A model generated the notes under the pieces. That model made no database searches, was not told the origin of the DNA, and saw only the letters and a program-made list of their open reading frames with translations. The translations under genes were made by a program, and so were the position numbers. A DNA stretch of 64,000 bases. Source: Podarcis cretensis. Taxonomy: Eukaryota. The stretch spans positions 44,640,001-44,704,000 of the forward strand of contig OX638151.1 in assembly GCA_951804945.1 (NCBI GenBank), given 5' to 3'. Positions 50,160 through 63,232 of this stretch are shown here, piece by piece; the first letter of the stretch is position 1; the number at the start of each line of letters is the position of its first letter.

Positions 50160-51900
50160 GCAGTTTCGCAGCCTTCGGGGCGCCACTGGTTCTGCCGCGC
50201 GAATATTACTGAACTATATTACCACTTTGTCCTCGGGCTACTTGCGCCGTGGCCGCTCACGGTAAGAGCTGCGCGAAAATGGCTAGTTACGGTAGCGAGG
50301 GAGGGGCGAGGATATATTGGGCGCGCGGCGGGGGCGGGGTGAGTACAGCGCCTGCGTGCTCGAGCCCGCGAGGCGCGCTCACCGTCCCTGCCTCGCGAGC
50401 CTCGGTGAAAGGATTTGGCGCCAGGCGGGTCTCTCTTCTGCAGCTGCCGCAGCCACCCGAGCCAGCCACCTCCGCCCAGACCGCATCGAGTCCTTGCAGC
50501 CGCCGCCGCCGCCATGAGCTGCTCCCCGGTGAACGTGAAGAAGCTGAAGGTGTCGGAGCTGAAGGAGGAGCTGAAGAAGCGGCGCCTTTCCGACAGGGGC
50601 CTCAAGGCCGAGCTCATGGAGCGGCTCCAGACCGCGCTCGACCAGGAGGAGGCCGGCGGGGGAGGCCTGGCCGGCGGAGAGCCCGGCAACGGCAACGCGG
50701 AGGAGATGGGCGAGGCCGCTCCGGGCAGCGGCGGAGCCCAGCAGGAGGACCTGGCCCTGGGAGGAGGAGGAGGAGGAGGAGGCCCCGACCAGGCCGCGGC
50801 CTGCGACGACGATGAGGAGGCCGAGTTCGGCGTCTGCCCCGGGGAAGAGGAGGAGGAGGAGGAGGGCATGGAGCTGGGCGAGGAGAACGGCGAAAGGGTG
50901 GCGGCCGGAGACGAGGAGGCGGCCGAAGACCTGGAGGACGACGAGAACGGCGACGACCAGGGCTTCCAGGAAGGGGAGGACGAGGAGGAAGAGGCCGCCG
51001 CCGGCGCCGCCGCCACCGCAGCCACCACTAGCGGCGGCAACGCCAACGGCCACGGCGCCCAGCAGCAGCAGCAGCAGCAGCACGGCGCCGCGGCCAAGGA
51101 GGCGGCCGGGAAAGGCGCTGCCGCCGCCTCGGAGGCCTCGGCCTCGACTCCGGCCTCCTCGGCCCAGCCCGGCGCGAAGCAGCTGTCACCCGCCCAGCAG
51201 CAGAAGCCTGGCGGGCCTGCTCGACCTGGGGGTGAGTAGTGCGTGGGACCCGGATGGGCGGCGGTTGGGAGCTCAGCAGCGAGGTCAGGGTCCGCCGCCA
51301 TCTTTCTCTTTCCCTCCCCCCCCCATCTCCACGGCCACCGCGCCTTTCCCCCCACCGCTGTCGGTGGAAGTGGGGAAGGCCCTCCCCGCGCGCCTGCCTT
51401 TGGGGATTTCCAGGCCAGGCCCGCCGCGTGTCTCTGCGGGGGGGGGGGAGGGGAGCTTTGCGCCATTTCGCGAGCGTGGTGAGGAAGGGGCGCGCGAGGC
51501 GGGGGGAGGGGCGTCTCGCAGGAGCCGCTGGGGCGCGCTGTGGAACGTGCGAGGGAACGTTTTGTGCTGTTCTGCGTCACATCCGTCCGTGGGGCGCTGT
51601 GGGCTCGAGTTCAAACGCTGAGTACAATGGAGGCGGAGGAATCCCTTTCGCAAAGCCTAGGCCGCGCGCGCCTGCCGAAATCAGGCCGTGGCGGGGGGAG
51701 GAGAAGGATGAGGAAGAGGTGGGCCTTTGGAGAGCCGCTGCTTAGGCGCGATCGTAGATCCGAGCGAAGACTTTCCCTGCTAACTCTGGAAGGTCAAATC
51801 GAGAGCGGCAAACGTCAGGGGCGGGCAGACCTTACGTTTTCTGTGCACTTGAAGTTCCAAGATTCACGGGAAGCGTTGTTACAAATGCGCCGCGAGAGTA
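50160..51900. promoter_or_regulatory. CpG island / HNRNPU promoter and intron 1
   Basis: Very GC- and CpG-rich. E2F-like GCGCGAAA 50271-50278, reverse CCAAT (ATTGG) 50316-50320, GC box GGGGCGGGG 50331-50339, YY1-type GCCGCCATCTTT 51294-51305. Confidence 0.88.
50514..51231 (+). CDS. HNRNPU: hnRNP U (SAF-A) exon 1: SAP domain and acidic/Gln-rich linker
   Basis: gccgccATG; [39 protein letters not shown] is a SAP domain; contains [17 protein letters not shown]; donor G|GTGAGT. Confidence 0.96.
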
Positions 51901-51990
51901 GATGTATTCCTAATAAGAGTAAAAGAAGTATGCTGTATTTTATGGTTTCTAACGTATCTTATTTCCCTCTTCAAAAAAAAAAAAACGAAG

Positions 51991-52102
51991 GAGAAGCTAA
52001 AACTGAGCAAAAACCTGGGGAGAAAAAAAGGGGAGTTAAGCGGCCACGTGAAGACCATGGGCGAGGGTATTTTGAGTATATTGAAGAAAACAAATACAGC
52101 AG
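51991..52102 (+). CDS. HNRNPU: HNRNPU exon 2
   Basis: (G)[36 protein letters not shown](R); 112 nt; donor GTAAAT. Confidence 0.93.
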
Positions 52103-52163
52103 GTAAATCACTTTGGCGTGTTAAAGTTTCTCATGAAAGATTTTAATAATTTCGATTTGTTGA

Positions 52164-52295
<132 letters not shown>

Positions 52296-53974
52296 TAAAA
52301 CAAACTTCTAAGATAGTCTGTTGATTCTTAAAAAAAAAATTGAGGAGCCATTAGTGTACCTGAGGTACAATTTCTGCTCTGCTTTGAGTTTTTAGTTTAT
52401 TTAGAGTTTTTAGTAATTTAGTTTTTCAATGCATTAGCTTTGAATTTAATCAGGACAACACAAAAGTGTAAAGTGTTGTTCTGTGCAAAAAGTGAGGCAC
52501 AAAGGGAGAAATGGATGCTTTCAAAGGGGAAGCATTATTTGAAAAAACGGAGATATGGGATATGCTAATTGATGTACAGTATGCTAATTGATGTAGGCAG
52601 TCAAAGGACCCCCTCCCACTTTATACCTGCATAAATACCTCAGTAGATAAAACGTAACTGCGCTAAGATGCTTCATTAACAGGGAAAGTCCAATTAAGAG
52701 TACATCAAGAATTTTGTTCAATGTTCAGAATTATTTTCATTGGAAATAATTGCAAGTTTGAAACTGCTCAATTTGAACAGATACTGTATAATGGTAGCAA
52801 GTACTCTACTAATATTGTGTAACACTACTTTTGGAAAGTGGTGGAATTTTCCACCTTGTATTGCTTAGTATGTCTGCAGATGTTGGTTGGCAGCTTCAAT
52901 CTTGCTGCCTCCCTTCTGGACTGGGGGGGTATAGTCCCAAGTCAATCTTGAATTTTATTGGTAAAATCATGGAAACTGATAAGGAATATGTTTAAAAAGT
53001 GTTATCAAATGATAATTTAAGGGCATGTGTATTCTAACAAGATGATAAGCCATTGTTTGAGGTTGTAGGTATTTTCGCAAGCTTTCACTTTAGAGCTTCA
53101 TGCACATTCAAAATGACTTCATTAAGAACAATGAAACTTTAAGAAGTTCTGAGAAGTTATTCTGGGACAGTCTACAGTTACTTTGGCACATTTGCATTGC
53201 TCATGGAAAAGTAGTGAACTGTTGCACAGACAAGTTTATAGAGGGATTATGGAGGTATTTCCAGAAGACAAAGTGGCTATGCAATACTAATCCTTGGTTT
53301 GAAAAGTAATAGTACTGGGCAGTGAAGCTGCTGATTGTTGGTGTTTTAGAAAATTTCAAATTCATATGCTGCAGCATAAGATAAAGAATAGTAAACAACT
53401 TTATCATGTGCATGTTTACTTAAGTAAATTCTACCGAGTCCAGTTCAAGCTTAGTACTGTATTGGATATGTCTAGAATTGCATCTTAAACTGCAGTCCTC
53501 TGCACCCTTGGAAGTGAGGCCTACACTTTCTATTTCACTTATATAATATGAAAGTATTGTTTGATAGAACAATTGAGAGTATTTATAGCAATGTTTCTAT
53601 CTCTGAATAGTGTCTGACTCAATGGCTCTATAAAAAGCAATAATCTCTTGAGGTGTTGAGACACTTGTATTATAGGACAACTTGTGTTTTGCTGAACATT
53701 GTCATCTTGAAATCCTTTCTCAGTCTACAGCTTATTCATGGAAAGTGGTATCAAAATAAGTTTTACTCTGATTAGCCCCATTGAAATTAATGAACATTCC
53801 AAAGTCAGGTCAATTAATTTCAGTGGGTTTACTTTGGGTAAAACTTAGTTGCATACCATCCAATGGTTCTTAGGTTTTATATACTAGAAAACACAATTAG
53901 ATTTGGCAGAGCACCAGATAAGAGCACATTTTAAGTGTCTGCACTCAAAGCTAGCCCAAGACAAATGATGATTA

Positions 53975-54359
53975 CCGTATTTTTCGCCCCATAGGGCGCA
54001 CCGGCCCATAGCGCACACCTAGTTTTTTGGAGGGGAAATAAAGAAAAGAAAAATTATTTCCCCCCCGCTGGGGTGGGGGAAGCCCGAGCTTCCCCAGCCC
54101 CCAGAACAGGCTGCTATCCGAAAGCCGTGGGAGAGCTGCATGACTTCGCGTAGCTCTCCCACGGTTTGCGGAGAGCTGCGCAAACCCCAAAGCATGGGGC
54201 GTGCTGAGCTCAGCGCGCCCCAGGCTTCTGGGTGCAGGCAGCTCTCCCACGGCTTGCGGATAGCTTCCTGAAGCCTGCATTCGCCCCATAGGACGCACAC
54301 ACATTTCCCCTTCATTTTTTGGAGGGGAAAAATTGCGTCCTATAGGGCGAAAAATACGG
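53975..54359. mobile_element. Tc1/mariner-superfamily (Tc2-like) MITE in HNRNPU intron 3
   Basis: Perfect 15-bp TIR CCGTATTTTTCGCCC; TA TSD; CpG-rich with internal inverted repeats. Confidence 0.88.
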
Positions 54360-54639
54360 TACTTCGTAGGGTATGTGTGAAAATACATCATAGCTAAGCT
54401 AAACATAGATAATCCTGATTCCAGAGTGAAATAAGATGATACGCTTCGGTCTTGAGCAAACGTCATCACTTTGCTTGAGAACCCTTAAGTAAAAGGGGGA
54501 CTGAGTTAAATTTTGACTAATTCAAGAGTTACCTGTTGTGACAAAGAATAGCACTAAATCAAACTGATGTAGCTTGATTCTTACAGGTGTTCTCCACTTT
54601 TTTTGTTCGACTGTAGTTGAACAGATTTCAACCGTTTGA

Positions 54640-54858
<219 letters not shown>

Positions 54859-55704
54859 TGAAATCAAACTAAACGAGGAGAGGAGAAACTACATTTTATT
54901 ATGGAAAATTACGTATTCTTGATTTCAACTGGGCAGTCATGCCCATTTCCAAGATACTCCCAGTCTATTCCCACTTATATGCTCCCTAACAGTCAGCATT
55001 TTGTGGGTAAGTTCAGCCTTTAAAAGAGCTGGGGGTATTTTTCTGGAGTGTGTGCCAATTCCCCACCCCCACCTGTCAATACAACCCCTCATTAGCATGA
55101 AAGGTGGTGTCTTTGCTGCACAGGCATGGACACTCAGAATCATTTATGTATGAGTATTAGGCAACTCAGAATAAAAATAGCTAAGACCATAACAGGTATT
55201 TTATCAATACCTGGAAAATTTAGCAGTAAAGTGCTATTTAACATACTAAAGCAATTATCCAATTAACCTTTCATACAAAAACCAGAATGGTTTCTTCAGT
55301 AATAATAGCATTTTGCAGCAGATCCTACACGTAGTATGCTTATTACCATCATTCAACATAATGTGCTTACCTGGTCACCGCCGGCATCTAGGGAGTTCAC
55401 CCAAGTAAGGGAGTGAGTTGCCCCTAGAGGGATGGAATGATTGATCTCTCTTGAAACAGTCTGTGTCTCTGTGCTGGGTGTGGACCAGGGTATGTGTTTC
55501 CTTTTTGTCCAACATGGTCACATGGGAAAGGACCACGCTGTTCCTTGATTATTAGCCTGCTGTGTTGCAATGCTAGATTCCCAGCTGGTAGACTACATAG
55601 TGTTTAGCATAGAAACATGGCACACTGCACTTTTATGTTCTGCACACAAGGTGAAGCAAGTTGGTTGAGGAGGCAAAGAGCACTTGTTACTGGCTTGCAA
55701 TATA

Positions 55705-55925
55705 CAGTGGTACCTCGGGTTACATATGCTTCAGGTTACATACTCCACTAACCCAGAAATATTACCTCGGGTTAAGAACTTTGCTTCAGGATGAGAAATC
55801 GTGCTCCGGCGGCATGGCAGCAGCAGGAGGCCCCATTGGCTAAAGTGGTGCTTCAGGTTAAGAACAGTTTCAGGTTAAGAATGGACCTCCGGAACAAATT
55901 AAGTAGTTAACCTGAGGTACCACTG
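55705..55925. mobile_element. Tc1/mariner MITE, family A, in HNRNPU intron 4
   Basis: TA TSD, TIRs. Confidence 0.9.
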
Positions 55926-56087
55926 TATTTTACTAGCCTGCAATTTGTTCACAAGAGGAGCTGAAAACTTTTTTAAAAAAAAAAGTGTATGAAAGAATGG
56001 TAATTTTGGAGCCTGATTGACAAGGCTAGCTGAGCTATGCTTTTATTATAACTGTAATTAATAGCAGTTTTTTTATTACAAAAATAG

Positions 56088-56187
56088 GTAACTGAAAAGA
56101 TCCCTGTCAAGCACCTGTATACAAAAGACATTGACATACATGAAGTGAGAGTTGGCTGGTCACTGAACACAAGTGGGATGCTGCTTG
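56088..56187 (+). CDS. HNRNPU: HNRNPU exon 5
   Basis: [33 protein letters not shown]; AG/GT; 100 nt. Confidence 0.96.
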
Positions 56188-56856
56188 GTAAGCTTTTCCC
56201 TTAAAACATGGATTGTCATGGTGATTCGTCTTTTTTGTAGGAATGAGTAGTACTTTTCTGGATGCTTAAAAGAGGGAGATGATGAATCACTGTAGACAGA
56301 AAATGCGTGGTAAAACTTAATTTTGAAAAAAGAGTAACTACAACCACTATTTTTGTTAGTAATGGTAGTTACAAGTTGTGATCTATGGAATCTGTTTCAG
56401 AAAGCTCACTCTCAGTACTTCGTCAAAAGGAATATAGGGAAGAGTTAGCATACCTGACATCCTCTATATTTGGGTAAAGAATAGTGCTTTGAATCAAATC
56501 CCTTTAGCAACAGCACTCTTCACCTTTGTAACTAATTCATGTCTCTGCCTGCCTGAGGAGCCTGATACAGAAGGAAATGGCTCCAGCACATGTAGGAATC
56601 GGGGGCTAATTCATTGTGTGCTTGCCAGAAGTGAGTAGTTGGGTGAGAAGCTGAAGTAACGTCCTACGCAGCTAATTTCCTTGGATTGGAAAGAAAATAA
56701 TGTGACTTTCCCACCAGACCTGTGCTCTAAACTAAAGTTACTTCCTGAGCTCTCACGTGAGGCATTCTCACTTTGCAGTGTACCACAGTGCTAGGATTCT
56801 GCAGTGGATGGGGGTTATCTTTATAGTGCAGCTTTTATAGAAAATCTTGAGGTTGA

Positions 56857-57123
<267 letters not shown>

Positions 57124-57259
57124 TAATTAGGTATTGCACCTTGGCTTAATTTTCAAGATTTTCCTTTAAATATCCACTCAAGCCTAAAGTTCTAGATTTA
57201 TTTCTAATTAATGAATCTGCCTAAGTTCATTTATGCTAACACTTTTTTTTGTACAACAG

Positions 57260-57523
57260 AATTTTGATGGTGATGAAGTGGAACTTTCTTACTCAAAGAA
57301 TGGACAGGAACTTGGCGTTGCTTTCAAAATCAGCAAGGAAGTTCTTTCTGAAAAGCCCATTTTCCCCCATGTTCTCTGCCATAACTGTGCTGTTGAATTT
57401 AACTTTGGCCAGAAGGATGAGCCGTACTTCCCCATACCAGAGGGGTACACCTTCATCCAGAATGTTCCCTTGGAAGATAGAGTTAGAGGACCCAAGGGAC
57501 CAGAGCACAAGAAAGAATGTGAA
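57260..57523 (+). CDS. HNRNPU: HNRNPU exon 7
   Basis: [15 protein letters not shown]...[18 protein letters not shown]...[13 protein letters not shown]; AG/GT; 264 nt. Confidence 0.96.
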
Positions 57524-57677
57524 GTAAGTAACGGTCCATTTTGAAATCATTGAAGCATGCCAGCTTGAGTATTTGTCTTGAGGCAGTTGATATGGGTACC
57601 ACAAATGACAAGCCTTGTCTGTAGGGCAATTGGGGTATAAAATAAGAGCTTTCATTTTTTATGCCTAAACTCATTAG

Positions 57678-57827
<150 letters not shown>

Positions 57828-58438
57828 TAATGGTATGTGTAGTTCATCCCAATATGTTCAGTGGGACTTATTCCCTACCTTAAATGTTTAGGATTGCAAC
57901 TTTAAGGTAACGCACTTGGAAACTTGTAGCCATCATGCATCTATAGTAATAAAACTTAGATGTCTTTAACTCATTTCAGGGTACTGCTTTAGCAGTTGAT
58001 GGCCCACTGAAAAACTTTATTTCTGTGGAGCGAGTATTTTCTCGATTGTTCATTTGGAAACTTAGAAGAAACTGTTATTCCTCTAAAAGTATACACATCC
58101 TGCTTGAAATATTGGAACTCCAGATAAAAATAAGTCCAACTGGTTTAGCTGCAGGCCGTTACTATTGTATATTAAGGCCGTTAATATCGTATATTAATAG
58201 TAAAGTGTCTGAATTAAATATTTCAAGGCACTGAATGATGGGATAAATTGTTTAATTGTTTAATTCTTAGGATTGGTCTCATGAGCATTTAGAACTCATT
58301 CAAAGCAAGACATGTATTGCAAAACATTGCCTAAAACGTTTCTGGTATTAGCAGTTATAGACCATTTCTTGCTATTAAAAATACCCAATGGAAAGAACAT
58401 TAATGGCAGTGAATGCTGGACAACTTCTGTTTTCATAG

Positions 58439-58621
<183 letters not shown>

Positions 58622-58843
58622 TAAGGGGGGGGTGTAGATTCTAAACTTCAATGGGAGATACAATATATATATATATTGAGGCAATAAAGTTAGAATATTA
58701 GCAATTGTACTTAGGTTTGTAATATACATGAAATCGGGGAGAATGGTTATCCTAGCCTCTACGGCCTAACATGTACATAACTTCCTTCTACTTGTAAACT
58801 TCTTTGCATTTATACATGTGGAGGTGAAATCTAAGCACACTAA

Positions 58844-59104
<261 letters not shown>

Positions 59105-59519
59105 TGAGTATCTGTTTAAAGGAATAATGTAAAAACCTAAAGATTCAAAATTTCTTGCCTTAAAACAGTTATGCCTCTTTAAAAAAACTGGAAGACTTCT
59201 GTAACTTTGTAAGACAACACTATATTGTGTTCCCTCTGCTGCAGCCCTTAATACTACTTAAGTCATGATATGCTTCATGCAGATGCACAAAGCTGTCTTG
59301 GCATAAAGTGCCCTAGAAAACGAAGCTAAACGTGTTATAGCAGACGTGTGTTCCCAGTTCAACTTAATAGGGAGAATATGTCAAGTTTTCAGGAATCTTG
59401 CTCCTAGCTTGAAGTGATGATTACTTGTCTTGTATTCCTTTTATATAGGAGGGGAACTTTGGCTTTTTCTAATGGCTTCAGAAATAAATACTGAATATTC
59501 AGGACTCTCTATCTTGTAG

Positions 59520-59765
59520 GAAATTTTACTCTGCCAGAGGTGTCAGAATGTTTTGATGAAATAATCTACGTAGAGTTGCAAAAAGAAGAAGCCCAGAAGC
59601 TTCTGGAACAGTACAAAGAAGAAAGCAAGAAGGCCCTTCCTCCAGAGAAAAAACAGAACACTGGTTCAAAGAAAAGTAACAAAAAGAGTGGTAAAAACCA
59701 GTTTAACAGAGGTGGACAGAGAGGACGTGGTGGATTTAACATGCGTGGCAACTTCAGAGGAGGAG
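59520..59765 (+). CDS. HNRNPU: HNRNPU exon 11 (start of RGG region)
   Basis: (G)[45 protein letters not shown]...[20 protein letters not shown]; AG/GT; 246 nt. Confidence 0.96.
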
Positions 59766-60317
59766 GTATCCTGTGCTCCTAAAACTGCCTCTTAAAATAT
59801 TTTAATTTTATCCCCGAGGTTTTAGTTGCTTGCCCCAAAGAAGAGCAGAGCTTTGAGAATATATCAATGTGGATGGAGACAATCTCTTCATTTCTGAAAA
59901 AATATAGCTGGAGGGGCCCAGGCATGGTTTGATTTAGCAGGAAAAAAACAATATAATTAAGCATCCTGTAGCTTAATTTTTTTTAAAAAGCAGCTAAGTG
60001 TCTGTTTATGGACAGAACCTCATGAAATCACCAGTGCTTGGACTGAATAAGTTTTTGGTGGTTTGGGAGAGGGCTGTCACTATCTTTCCCCATAACTGTT
60101 CTTAAAGCAACCTCAGTTTGGACTCTAACAGTTTTCAGATGCCTTGCCCCATGGAATTTGAATTTTGTCTTCCAAGTTCAAAGCTCCTTTACTAGAAAAA
60201 ACTAACTTGTGCACAGGCTGAAATTAATGTTTATTACTAAATAGTCTCGTACTTCTCTTCTGGGTCAAATTAAAGTATGTCATTGGGTCAATATTAATAT
60301 TCTAACATTTTTCACAG

Positions 60318-60523
60318 TCCCTGGAAATCGTGGAGGATACAACAGGAGAGGTGGTAACATGCCCCAACGTGGAGGTGGAGGAGGCGGTGGCAGTGGTGGG
60401 GCAATAGGCTACCCATACCCCCGTGGTCCTGTCTTTCCGACCAGAGGTGGCGGAGGAGGTGGATACTCAAACAGAGGAAACTATAACAGAGGTGGAATGC
60501 CCAACAGAGGGAACTATAACCAG
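60318..60523 (+). CDS. HNRNPU: HNRNPU exon 12 (RGG box)
   Basis: (V)[68 protein letters not shown]; AG/GT; 206 nt. Confidence 0.96.
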
Positions 60524-60845
60524 GTAATTTGCTGTAGTCAGGAAGATGGCATTTTTGGCTGAATCTTTTGGTGCTCTCTTTAGCAACCAGTACAGAAAGC
60601 ATGTTTAAAAGTGTGATCCTAATACATAACAAAACTGTTCCTGAAGTATATGATATAAAATGTTTTTTCAAAGTTTTATAACGCGTGCAATCCTGTAATG
60701 CTGAAACCTAAGTTTTTAAAATTGTACTTTTGTCTTACGCTGTTCCCAGTAGTTTCTTTCTCAAGGAACTGATGAGGTCTACGCTCAGTGTTTGAGTCCT
60801 GCATTAGGTGCTCTCAAGACCAATATATAGGAGCTGAAAGACGTA

Positions 60846-61799
60846 CAGTGGTACCTTGGTTTATCCATTCTGGAAGTGCCTTCTTAAACCAAAGCGTTCT
60901 TAAAACAAGGTGCGCTTTGCCATAGAAAGTACAGTGGTGCCTCGCAAGATGGAAAACCCGCTAGACGAAAGGGTTTTCCGTTTTGGAGGCGCTTCGCAAA
61001 ACGAATTTCCCTATGGGCTTGCTTCGCAAGACGAAAATGTCCTGCGGGTTCCCCCCCTTTTCCCCCCTTTTCCTAAGCCGCTAAGCCGCTTATCAGCTGA
61101 TCCGCTGATAAGCTGCTTAACAGCTGATCGCTAAAAGCCGCTAAACCACTAATAGCGCTAATCCGCCAAGCTGTCAATGGGCTTGCTTCGCAAGACGAAA
61201 AAACCGCTATACGAAGAGCCTCACGGAAAGGATTAATTTCGTCTTGCGAGGCACCACTGTAATGCAAAATGGATTAATCCATTCCAGACTTCCGAAAACA
61301 AACCCCTAAATCAGCAATTTAACATGAATTTTACTATCTTAACAAGACCATTGATCCATAAAATGAAAGCAATAATCAATGTACTGTACTATTAAAATAT
61401 GTGCACTGATGATAGTCATTGTTTGGATGTGGGGCTTTTATCCATTTCCACAGTCACACAATCAATCAGCTGAACTGGGATCCACACAGGAAAACCCCCC
61501 CCCCCCAATGCTGCTGCAGGAAATGCTCCCTAGAGCATGTGCCTCCTGCAGCGGCACGGGGGAGAGTTGCGAGCCCACCAACCATATAGCTAGCGGGCGC
61601 AGCTTCCCTCCCTTGTGGCTGCGGGAAACTCCATGATGACCCCCTTCTCCGCTGCCGGACAACGGAAGTGTGGCACTCAAAATAGAGTACGTTCGCACTC
61701 CAAAAAAATACGCAAACAAGAACACCCATTTCCGGTTTTGAAGTGTTCGTAATCCAAAAAGTTCATTGGCTAGGCTGTTCGTAACCCGAGGTACCACTG
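60846..61799. mobile_element. Tigger-like non-autonomous element in HNRNPU intron 12 (outer)
   Basis: TA|CAGTGGTACC...GGTACCACTG|TA. Confidence 0.85.
60932..61259. mobile_element. Nested Tc1/mariner MITE (inner)
   Basis: Perfect 18-bp TIR CAGTGGTGCCTCGCAAGA; TA TSD. Confidence 0.9.
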
Positions 61800-62149
61800 T
61801 ATTGGAAATCTAGGCTCTTAGCACAGATCCCATATATAATTTATGCAACAGTGCGGCTGTGCTTTTTGTATGACGTCCTGTTTTCTAGTGAGGCATATTC
61901 CTCTCTGTATAGATAACGGAATGGGCAGAAGGTAGATTAGAATCTATTGGTTGATCCACTCTGAACCACCCAGAGATCTGTAAGAATCTCTGGCTCGTAG
62001 TAGTTGTAGCAGAATTGCCCCACCCCATAAACACATTTGTTTGTTTGAAAGGAATGAGCCTGTACCTGTGTGAAATTCCTGGGCTTAAAATTACTCTAAA
62101 CCTTACTTTCAAGTGAATCTCAAGATTTTAGTTTTTTAAAAAAACAAAA

Positions 62150-62171
62150 AACACACACACACACACACACA
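62150..62171. repeat. (AC)n microsatellite
   Basis: Seen directly. Confidence 0.9.
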
Positions 62172-62538
62172 CGCAATCTCACAAGCCTCTGCACCACCCC
62201 TCTGCTAGGTATCATCCAGGCAATGATCATAAGATCACTGACCATGTAATTCGTACATATAGCAAAATCAGCACCACATTTGTTATTTGCTGGTTTAGCC
62301 TGATTCCCCAACTTGCATGTGTTCAGGAGCAGTACTTTACTGGCATATGGGTAAATACTGACTAGCAAGTAGAATTTGGAATAAATGTCTCTTGTCAGAA
62401 TGTTGCCTTGATAGTTAGGAATCAACAGCAACTGAAGTCTCTTTATCTGAAAGTTTATTAACTGAAACATTTTTGAAGTTTACTGCAGATAGCCGCCTGG
62501 ATGTGTTTTTGGCCATTGAATGGTGAAATGTTTAATAA

Positions 62539-62709
<171 letters not shown>

Positions 62710-62787
62710 TAAACCTTTATGAGGATATAAATAGCTTAAGAGTAACGTTAGTACAAGATGTAGTTTGTTTGTAATTTGTACTTCATA

Positions 62788-62993
62788 CAGTGGAACCTCG
62801 GGTTGTGGACGTAATCTGTGACGGAGGCACACCCACAACCTGCAGCACAGCATCTGCGCACACGTGTGATGCGATTTGGCGCTTTGTGCATGCGTGAGTG
62901 GCGAAACCCGGAAGTAACTCTTTCCGGTACTTCCGGGTTTCCTGCAGCCTGAAAACACGAAACCTGAAGCGTTTGTAACCCAAGGTACCACTG
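62788..62993. mobile_element. Tc1/mariner MITE in HNRNPU intron 13
   Basis: TA|CAGTGGAACCTCGGGTT...AACCCAAGGTACCACTG|TG (right TSD mutated). Confidence 0.82.
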
Positions 62994-63154
62994 TGTGTAA
63001 ACAATCATAGGAGTGGGATTAAAGTATTAGGAAGTGTCCACACTTAACTCCCAATTGCATGCTTCAGATGTTTTTCATACACACCTACGGAATGTAGAAA
63101 TAAAATTTGCTGATATTTGACAATGGTTAACAGTGTTTATCTTGGTTTTTGCAG

Positions 63155-63208
63155 CAATTCTGGGGTCAGAAGCCATGGAGTCAGCATTATCACCAAGGAT
63201 ACTATTGA
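63155..63208 (+). CDS. HNRNPU: HNRNPU exon 14, coding part with stop
   Basis: QFWGQKPWSQHYHQGYY*. All exons total 2517 nt (838 aa plus stop). Confidence 0.96.
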   Translation, partial: QFWGQKPWSQHYHQGYY

Positions 63209-63232
63209 ATTCCCAAATAAAATGAACTGATC

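Noticed and set aside
50415-50513. N-terminal extension of hnRNP U in the ORF track
   Set aside because: Begins at TTG; the ATG at 50514 has a gccgccATG context and matches the known N-terminus.
50219-51580. 453-aa minus-strand ORF and other long overlapping ORFs at 50249-51745
   Set aside because: Antisense and off-frame shadows of the GC-rich, stop-poor HNRNPU exon 1 CpG island; low complexity, no recognisable domain.
55364-55374. CTTACCTGG resembling the U1 snRNA 5' end
   Set aside because: No U1 body or Sm site follows; only a 9-nt match.
62220-62245. Possible C/D snoRNA boxes (ATGATC...CTGA) in HNRNPU intron 12
   Set aside because: C box is imperfect and the boxes are too close together for a C/D snoRNA.
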